From the NCBI GenBank assembly GCA_031548115.1, contig JAVBRJ010000004.1:8181-72180 (forward strand): DNA of 64,000 bases, read 5' to 3'. The position numbers and the translations under genes were made by a program. Every line of letters starts with the position of its first letter. Position 1 is the stretch's first letter. Origin of the DNA: Eubacteriales bacterium. Lineage in GTDB: Bacteria; Bacillota; Clostridia; Christensenellales; Aristaeellaceae. The notes beneath the pieces were generated by a model. That model did no database searches. It saw only the letters and a list, made by a program, of their open reading frames with translations, and was not told the origin of the DNA. This document shows, one piece after another, positions 58,467 to 64,000 of the stretch.

Positions 58467-58667
58467 GAGGGGATGCAACGGAAAAACAATCATTTCTTTC
58501 ATTCTTTTTCCAGCAGGGCGGTGGCCCGCAGCACCCGCCTCCGGTTTTTTTCATTACGATACTATCTTCGGCTTTTTTCATTGAAAGCGCAACGTGTTTC
58601 GCACATAATGCGTCCAGCCTCATAAGCCATCAGGGCCTATAGCGCTACGCCATAAAGCACACCCCCC

Positions 58668-58702
58668 CAAAAAAGAGCGCGGCCTGAAGGCCTGCGCTCT
58701 TT
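58668..58702 (-). terminator. Rho-independent terminator after the 1428-aa gene
   Basis: AGAGCGCGGCC-TGAA-GGCCTGCGCTCT is an imperfect stem, then T6 on the minus strand. Confidence 0.6.
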
Positions 58703-58713
58703 TGGGTTATGGT

Positions 58714-61700
58714 TTAGAGATTATCCGTGTCGTTGCCTTCCGCGTTTTGGTACCGCTGCGTCCGGCTCACCCGGCGGCCTGTCGTAGGCGAAGCCGCCTC
58801 AGGCGCTGGGCTGTCCCCTGCGATGCCCCCAGCTAAAGGCTGCGCAAAGGGATTGCTGCTGGCCGGAGTGGCAGGGGTCGCGGCAGGGCTAGTGGACGCC
58901 GAAGCGCCGGGAGGCGTGGTGGGGGGCAGCGGCGCGGCGGGCTTCAGCGGGCCCTCGCTGCTTGCGTCCGTTTGGCCCAGGCTGCCCAGGGCCCCCATAA
59001 GGCTGCTGCCCGTTGCCGCAGGCCCGGTAGCCCTGAAGGGGTTAGTTGTGGCCGCAGGCCCGGTAGCCCCAAAGGGGTTGGTTGTGGCCGCAGGCCCGGT
59101 AGCTCCGCTATCTCCAAAGGGGCTGGGGCTACCCGCAGGCCGTGCGTATGGGCTTTGGCTGCCCGCTGCAACGCCGCCCAGGGGAGCGCCGAACACGCCC
59201 GGTGTGGTGCTATTTATGCCATTGCCGGTCCCGGTGCTGCCGAAGGGGTTCGCCTGGCTGCCCGTAGCGCCGGTGGGCCTTTGCTGGGTTCCGCCTACAG
59301 GCGGCGCGGCCACGGCCCGACGGGCGTAGGGGCTTTGCGCGCCTGCCGCGCCGGTGGCCCCGTTGGCAGTGCCGCTGCGCTTGGCGGCGGCGGCCCGGGC
59401 GGCGGCCTTGCGCTTCTTGTTCTGGTTAAGGGCGTAAGCGTACACGCCGCCTGCGCCGCCGATCAGCACGATGCCAGCACCGATCAGGCCCCAGGGGGAC
59501 GAACCGGTCTGGGTCTCCTTGCTCTCGTCATCATAGGTGATGGGGATCATCGTGCCGATGACAAAGGTCGCGGCAGGCTCCGTGGTGCTGGCCGTGCTGG
59601 ACGGGTCAGGGGTGGCGCTGGGGGCGGGAGTGGCATAGGGATCAAATGGTTCGTAGCTGGTGTTGATACCGCTGTTTTGCCACTGGCCCAGGTTCCAGTC
59701 CTCCAGCGAGGAGATCGCGCCTGCGGAGGCGCTGCCGCCGCCAGAGGTGCTGCCACCACCGGAGGTGCTTCCACCAGAGGTGCTACCGCCAGAGGTGCTT
59801 CCACCAGAGGTGCCGGAATTATTGGTCAGGCCTTGCAGATATTCGTTGCTGTTAACGAAGGTGCTCAGCTCTGTCAGGTTCATGTTCTTGAAGAAGTCGC
59901 CGCTGATCCAGCCGATGGTGCCGCCCTGGTTGATGTTGTACCAGACGGTCCCGTTCACTTCCTTTGTGCCGTAGATCAGCGCAAAGGCGTATTGGTTCAG
60001 CTTCTTGATCACACTGCCATTAGGCGTAAGGCGGAAATTGACCACGTTTTTGGTCACATAGCCGTAGCTGGACTTGGCATAGGGATCGTAGGGAGCGGGG
60101 GTATTGGCAGGGGAGGCGGTAGGCTTGGTGAGGGAATCCTCGTAGGCCTTCACTTCCCGGTCGCTCATCTTCCGCAGCTGATCGCCCCGGATATAGCCAT
60201 GCTGGCCGCCGTAGCTGCTGATATGCCAGGTGATGCCGTCCCTGAACAGCTGGCCGCTGACATACACCACCGTGTCGATAGGCAGGCGTGCCAGGATCTC
60301 TGCGTATTGGTCATTCACCCGGCGCAAGGGCGCGTCCCTGACCGTGGTGATGAAATATCCCATCACCTGCTCGGGGTCCGGCTCTACCACGGGTTCGGGC
60401 TCGGGATGGGCCTTCTTATAGGCCTCGATGAGGGCATTGGCCTCTTTATCTGTAATTCTGATGACCTGGCTGTCCAGCACAAAGCCGGGCTGCTGGTTAT
60501 CACCCAGCACTACCTGGGCGCCGCTCCAGAGGTTGCCGCCGTTCTCCACCTGACCGTTGATGAACAGCAGCGTTTTGTCCTCCAGCATGGTCATAATGGT
60601 GCTGTCGTCCAGCTTCACGGCGCTGCGCAGGGCCACCTTTCCCTTGGTGAGGGCATAGCCTCTGTAGATGTCCTTTTCCTTTTCCTGATACATAAAGTTC
60701 AGGTTGGCCAGCTCAGGCTTTTCTAGCTTGCCGTTTTTCACCGTTACATCATAGGATACGGAGCTGCCTGCGGTAAGCTCGTAATTTTCAGGTACATAAG
60801 CCGCATTGGGCGTAATGATATACGTGCCGTCGCCCTTTTTCAGGATCTCCGGGCCGCCGATGGGCTTGCCGGACTTATCCAGATAGTTCACCGTAATGAT
60901 GGCCGTCGGCACTTCCGGCAGGTCGTAGGTGAAGGTCACCTCTTTGGGGGTAGCTACGCCCTGGGTGTCTACCTTTACCTGTACGCTGGCTGGGCTGGTG
61001 AGCTTGTAGTCGGCGATCGCTTCTCCGCCCTCGGGGATAATGTCGTGGGTGCCCGGCTCCAGGTCCCGAGTCTGGGGGCTTATGATGTTAACGCCGTTTG
61101 CTTTATAGTATATCTCTATGGTGGCCTTTTTCACGGTCTCCCTCTCGTAAAGGAAGGTGACCGGGTTTACGCTGGCCTTGCCGTCCTTCACCTCCACCGT
61201 CACAGAGGCAGGGCCGGTCTCCGACAGCACATAGCCCTCCGGGGTGGGATAATCGCTGGCCTTGATCTCATGGGTACCCACGGCAAGCTGTATCGTCACA
61301 TCATCGGCCAGCTTGCCATTGAGGGTATCCTTAAACTCCAGGGTCACAGGGACCATCACGGCTTCCTTCTCATAATAGAAGGTGACCGTATCCGGGGTCG
61401 CCTTGCCGTCGCTACCGATCGTTACCTCTACGGAGGTGGGGCTGTCGGCGGCAAGCTTGTATCCGCTGGAGAGCAGGTCCTGATTGGGCCCTACCTGATA
61501 GGTACCCTCAGTCCTTGTCACCCGCTGGGGATCACCGATGGTTTTTTGGGTGGTCACGTCCACATGGTTGATGGTGAAGCTACCCTCGGCCGCTATCCGC
61601 TGGACCTGGAACACTACCTTGGCAGGGTCGGCCTTGCCGGCTGCGGATATCTTCACCGTGACGGCGCTGTCGTCCAACAGGGTATATCCCGGTACAAGCG

Positions 61701-63000
61701 CGGCATTGGCGTTAATGAGCATTTGCTCCCCTGCGGTGCAGGGCACAGGGCTATCCTCAAATATGGTCTTGCCCGTTCCGGCTTCCACGTATTGCACCGG
61801 CACCATTACCTCTGTGGGCTGCTCAGGCACCGGAGGCTCCTGACCGGCCTCCTCCGCGGCATGGGCATCGCTTTCCGCCTGGCTTAACAACTCCACGAAC
61901 TTCGCCATTACAAAGCATTCGGTGCCGTTGTAGGAGATAGCATACCATTTTTCATTGTTTACGGTCAGTTCGGTCTTGACCCAGCAATACTCGCCCTTTT
62001 TCACCTTGCTGAAAACAGCTTTATTGTCGGTGCTGGGATCGCCCCGGAAATTGACCTCAGTGGTCGTTTTCCCGTACAGGTTAATGGGGGTCTCCTGGGC
62101 CGCCGGGTCGGGGTCGGGATCGGGGTCAGGCTGCGGGTCCGGGTCCGGCTGTGGATCAGGATCGGGCTGCGGGTCCGGCTTCGGGTCGGGATCAGGCTGC
62201 GCTGCAGGCTTTTGGAAATAGAAATTCACCGCCTCAGGGTATGCGAAGCCGTCCTGGTCTACGTCCACTCTGCAGGACGAATCGCCCTGCAGGATATATC
62301 CCTCGGGCACCTTTTTGCTGTTGACTTTGATGATGTTCTCCTGGCCATAATGGCAGGATACCTTATCGGAATAAAAAGTCACGCCGTCGTTGTCGATATA
62401 GCTTACCGGCACGTCAACGGATACCTCTACCGGCTCGGGATCGGGCTGCGGGTCTGGGTCGGGCTGGGGATCGGGATCCGGCTGCGGGTCCGGGTCGGGC
62501 TGCGGGTCCGGGTCGGGCTGCGGGTCCGGATCGGGCTGCGGGTCCGGATCGGGCTGCGGGTCCGGGTCGGGCTGGGGACCAACGCTGGGCTCCGGCATCG
62601 GCTGGCTGGACAAATACAGGTAGTAGCTTTCGCCGGCTACCTCAAGGGGCGCTATGATCGCGCTGGGAACTGTAAAGTCCACAGCGTCGCCCCCCACGAT
62701 CGTTCCATTGTCAGGCATGTATGTATAGCCATTGTTCGAAATAATATCAAGCACAATGGGATAGCTAAACGCCTCCAGAGGCAGCGTCGCCCAGTACACT
62801 ACCTGCTGTTCATTCATTAAGGGCCCTACCGTCAAAGTCCGCTGATCACCCTCAGCCATCTGATAGGTAAGCAGCACAGTGGGTAAGGTGGTCAGATCCG
62901 GCACTGCCAAAGCAGCCAACGGCAACATCACCTGTACTGCCAAAAGCAGCAGGCAGGTCATCCATGCGGCGATCCGACGGCGTAAAATGCGACGTGTCAT
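58714..63000 (-). CDS. Giant type I membrane-anchored surface protein (1428 aa): signal peptide, PDPDPQ linkers, MucBP-like beta repeats, SH3b-like domains, one TM segment and a disordered cytoplasmic tail
   Basis: ATG 63000 lies behind AAGGAGG. The signal peptide is LLLLAVQVMLPLAALA. There are about seven repeats of the pattern V.Y.......I........G......N....VP.GY.L. There are four SH3b-like segments (e.g. VNFRGDPSTDNKAVFSKVKKGEYCWV...WYAISYNGTECFVMAKFV). The TM segment WGLIGAGIVLIGGAGGVYAYAL is followed by NQNKKRKAAARAAAAKR. Confidence 0.85.
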   Translation of the reverse strand: MTRRILRRRIAAWMTCLLLLAVQVMLPLAALAVPDLTTLPTVLLTYQMAEGDQRTLTVGPLMNEQQVVYWATLPLEAFSYPIVLDIISNNGYTYMPDNGTIVGGDAVDFTVPSAIIAPLEVAGESYYLYLSSQPMPEPSVGPQPDPDPQPDPDPQPDPDPQPDPDPQPDPDPQPDPDPQPDPDPQPDPEPVEVSVDVPVSYIDNDGVTFYSDKVSCHYGQENIIKVNSKKVPEGYILQGDSSCRVDVDQDGFAYPEAVNFYFQKPAAQPDPDPKPDPQPDPDPQPDPDPQPDPDPDPDPAAQETPINLYGKTTTEVNFRGDPSTDNKAVFSKVKKGEYCWVKTELTVNNEKWYAISYNGTECFVMAKFVELLSQAESDAHAAEEAGQEPPVPEQPTEVMVPVQYVEAGTGKTIFEDSPVPCTAGEQMLINANAALVPGYTLLDDSAVTVKISAAGKADPAKVVFQVQRIAAEGSFTINHVDVTTQKTIGDPQRVTRTEGTYQVGPNQDLLSSGYKLAADSPTSVEVTIGSDGKATPDTVTFYYEKEAVMVPVTLEFKDTLNGKLADDVTIQLAVGTHEIKASDYPTPEGYVLSETGPASVTVEVKDGKASVNPVTFLYERETVKKATIEIYYKANGVNIISPQTRDLEPGTHDIIPEGGEAIADYKLTSPASVQVKVDTQGVATPKEVTFTYDLPEVPTAIITVNYLDKSGKPIGGPEILKKGDGTYIITPNAAYVPENYELTAGSSVSYDVTVKNGKLEKPELANLNFMYQEKEKDIYRGYALTKGKVALRSAVKLDDSTIMTMLEDKTLLFINGQVENGGNLWSGAQVVLGDNQQPGFVLDSQVIRITDKEANALIEAYKKAHPEPEPVVEPDPEQVMGYFITTVRDAPLRRVNDQYAEILARLPIDTVVYVSGQLFRDGITWHISSYGGQHGYIRGDQLRKMSDREVKAYEDSLTKPTASPANTPAPYDPYAKSSYGYVTKNVVNFRLTPNGSVIKKLNQYAFALIYGTKEVNGTVWYNINQGGTIGWISGDFFKNMNLTELSTFVNSNEYLQGLTNNSGTSGGSTSGGSTSGGSTSGGGSTSGGGSASAGAISSLEDWNLGQWQNSGINTSYEPFDPYATPAPSATPDPSSTASTTEPAATFVIGTMIPITYDDESKETQTGSSPWGLIGAGIVLIGGAGGVYAYALNQNKKRKAAARAAAAKRSGTANGATGAAGAQSPYARRAVAAPPVGGTQQRPTGATGSQANPFGSTGTGNGINSTTPGVFGAPLGGVAAGSQSPYARPAGSPSPFGDSGATGPAATTNPFGATGPAATTNPFRATGPAATGSSLMGALGSLGQTDASSEGPLKPAAPLPPTTPPGASASTSPAATPATPASSNPFAQPLAGGIAGDSPAPEAASPTTGRRVSRTQRYQNAEGNDTDNL
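59015..59105 (-). repeat. 36-bp tandem repeat x2.5 (encodes ATGPAATTNPFG units) in the cytoplasmic tail
   Basis: The plus-strand units are GCCGCAGGCCCGGTAGCCCTGAAGGGGTTAGTTGTG and GCCGCAGGCCCGGTAGCCCCAAAGGGGTTGGTTGTG, followed by a partial copy. Confidence 0.8.
59725..59812 (-). repeat. 15-bp tandem repeats encoding (GGSTS)n
   Basis: The plus strand reads ...CCAGAGGTGCTGCCACCACCGGAGGTGCTTCCACCAGAGGTGCTACCGCCAGAGGTGCTTCCACCAGAGGTGCC. The protein reads GTSGGSTSGGSTSGGSTSGGGSTSGGGS. Confidence 0.8.
62104..62200 (-). repeat. Degenerate 18-bp repeats encoding (PDPDPQ/K)n, array A
   Basis: GGGTCGGGGTCGGGATCGGGGTCAGGCTGCGGGTCCGGGTCCGGCTGTGG... The protein reads PDPDPKPDPQPDPDPQPDPDPQPDPDPDPDP. Confidence 0.8.
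62433..62575 (-). repeat. 18-bp tandem repeats encoding (PDPDPQ)n, array B, about 8 units
   Basis: GGGCTGCGGGTCCGGGTC is reiterated with few substitutions. The protein reads QPDPDPQPDPDPQPDPDPQPDPDPQPDPDPQPDPDPQPDPDPQPDPEP. Confidence 0.85.
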
Positions 63001-63254
63001 ATTAAAATCCTCCTTTTATGCCTAAAGCGTATATCCGGCACACTGGTATAAAGTCTTATGGAATTGTCCCTTCATTGTATCGGGCCATCCTCAGCTTGTC
63101 AAGAAAGCAAACTGTCTGTTTATGTAAATCGGACAAGGTTCCGCTCGTTTTCTGTCTGGGTTTTCCTTTGTATCCGTTACACTCGTTACAAGGACTTAGC
63201 CTGGCGGCAGCGAATATACTTATGTAGACACCTATTCGCTAAGGAGGACCTCCC

Positions 63255-63806
63255 ATGACCCCTGATACGCAACTGTTGGAAACTCCCATTTCCGATGAGG
63301 TCGTTTTCCGTGGTAAACTGATCAACGTAAGCCATATGGAGGTCCGCCTGCCCGATGGACGGACTGCCCTTAGGGAAGCCGTTCACCATAACGGCGGCGT
63401 ATGCATCGTCCCTGTGGATGATAGCGGCAATGTCACCATGGTGCGCCAGCACCGGGTGGTGGTGGATGCCGTTACATTGGAGATACCCGCTGGCAAGCTG
63501 GATTCTCCCACCGAGGACCCCCTCAGCGCCGCCAAGCGGGAGCTGGAGGAGGAAACCGGGCTTCATGCCAAAAGCATAGAGCTGCTCACCGTTATGCTGC
63601 CCACCCCGGGCTACTGCACTGAGCGGCTCAGCATTTTCCTGGCCACAGGGCTTACCCAGCACAAGGCCCATCTGGATGCGGATGAGTTTCTCGGCGTTAC
63701 CCAGCTTCCTCTGGACCAGGCCGTGGCCCGGGTCATGAGCGGGGAACTGTGCGATGGCAAGACCGCCCTAGGTATCCTGATGGCCCAGCAGCGGCTCAAG
63801 GGCTAA
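63255..63806 (+). CDS. nudF: NUDIX hydrolase, ADP-ribose pyrophosphatase type
   Basis: RBS TAAGGAGG. The Nudix box is AGKLDSPTEDPLSAAKRELEEETG. The N-terminal VFRGKLINV...DGRTALREAVHHNGGV is typical of NudF/YqkG-like enzymes. Confidence 0.85.
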   Translation: MTPDTQLLETPISDEVVFRGKLINVSHMEVRLPDGRTALREAVHHNGGVCIVPVDDSGNVTMVRQHRVVVDAVTLEIPAGKLDSPTEDPLSAAKRELEEETGLHAKSIELLTVMLPTPGYCTERLSIFLATGLTQHKAHLDADEFLGVTQLPLDQAVARVMSGELCDGKTALGILMAQQRLKG

Positions 63807-63923
63807 ATACCGCCGCTGGTCAGGGTTCCTTGGATAGGCTCCATCTCTTCAACTAACGTTTAATCCTCCTGTTTGTATCCCGCATTTGCGAAAAAATGGT
63901 TTTTCCCGAAGGGAGTTGATCTC

Positions 63924-64000
63924 ATGGCTCTTCGTTCATCCTCTGACCGGCGGCGCATTACCCCTTTCATCTGGGTGCTTATCATCTTCTCTGTTATTTT
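63924..64000 (+). CDS. 5' end of a membrane protein gene (runs off the right edge)
   Basis: ATG 63924 lies after GAAGGGAG. Translation: MALRSSSDRRRITPFIWVLIIFSVI... Only 25 codons are visible. Confidence 0.3.
   Translation, partial: MALRSSSDRRRITPFIWVLIIFSVI

Noticed and set aside
58390-58623. 77-aa minus-strand ORF upstream of the aspS leader.
   Set aside because: It overlaps the predicted promoter and the 5' end of the T-box leader, has no RBS and has odd Cys/Gly/Pro composition. It is probably non-coding.
62104-62575. Regularly spaced 18-bp repeats that could superficially resemble a repeat-spacer array.
   Set aside because: The units are contiguous with no unique spacers, lie in frame inside a long ORF and encode PDPDPQ. 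No cas genes are present, so this is not a CRISPR array.

Overview
This 64-kb window looks like a chromosomal segment of a high-GC Firmicute. Gene content (T-box leaders, type III glutamine synthetase, AraR, LCP, DUF1540, queT) suggests Clostridia, possibly Oscillospiraceae/Ruminococcaceae, but that placement is inference. I support about 50 protein genes, mostly housekeeping. They include pheS-pheT behind a Phe T-box, araR-araA-araD, queT, a LacI-controlled sugar ABC transporter plus lacZ operon, and type III glnA. They also include the alpha ribosomal operon rpsM-rpsK-rpsD-rpoA-rplQ, guaB, nadE, typA, prfC, an ABC-2 polysaccharide exporter pair, an ECF sigma module and an aspS-gatC-gatA-gatB operon. 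I saw no rRNA, tRNA, CRISPR array, transposase or integrase. The most unusual locus is aspS-gatCAB (52957-58466), which has four notable features: (1) AspRS and a GatC-sized segment form one uninterrupted frame that still carries an internal RBS and ATG. (2) gatA has a single in-frame TAA where a conserved Glu is expected. (3) gatA begins with three 18-bp tandem repeats. (4) The operon sits behind a T-box whose specifier aligns to AAC (Asn). Other items worth a second look are:
- a pseudoknot-capable leader in front of a detached alpha operon
- a cluster of GC-rich hairpins between prfC and typA
- a C/A-only degenerate repeat array upstream of queT
- a 1428-aa membrane-anchored protein with PDPDPQ arrays and a low-complexity cytoplasmic tail
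- a macro-HTH fusion whose expected catalytic residues are substituted
- an NYN/LOTUS gene with no canonical start codon covering its first beta strand
All similarity calls come from reading the translations and from memory of the families. No search, folding or GC calculation was run.
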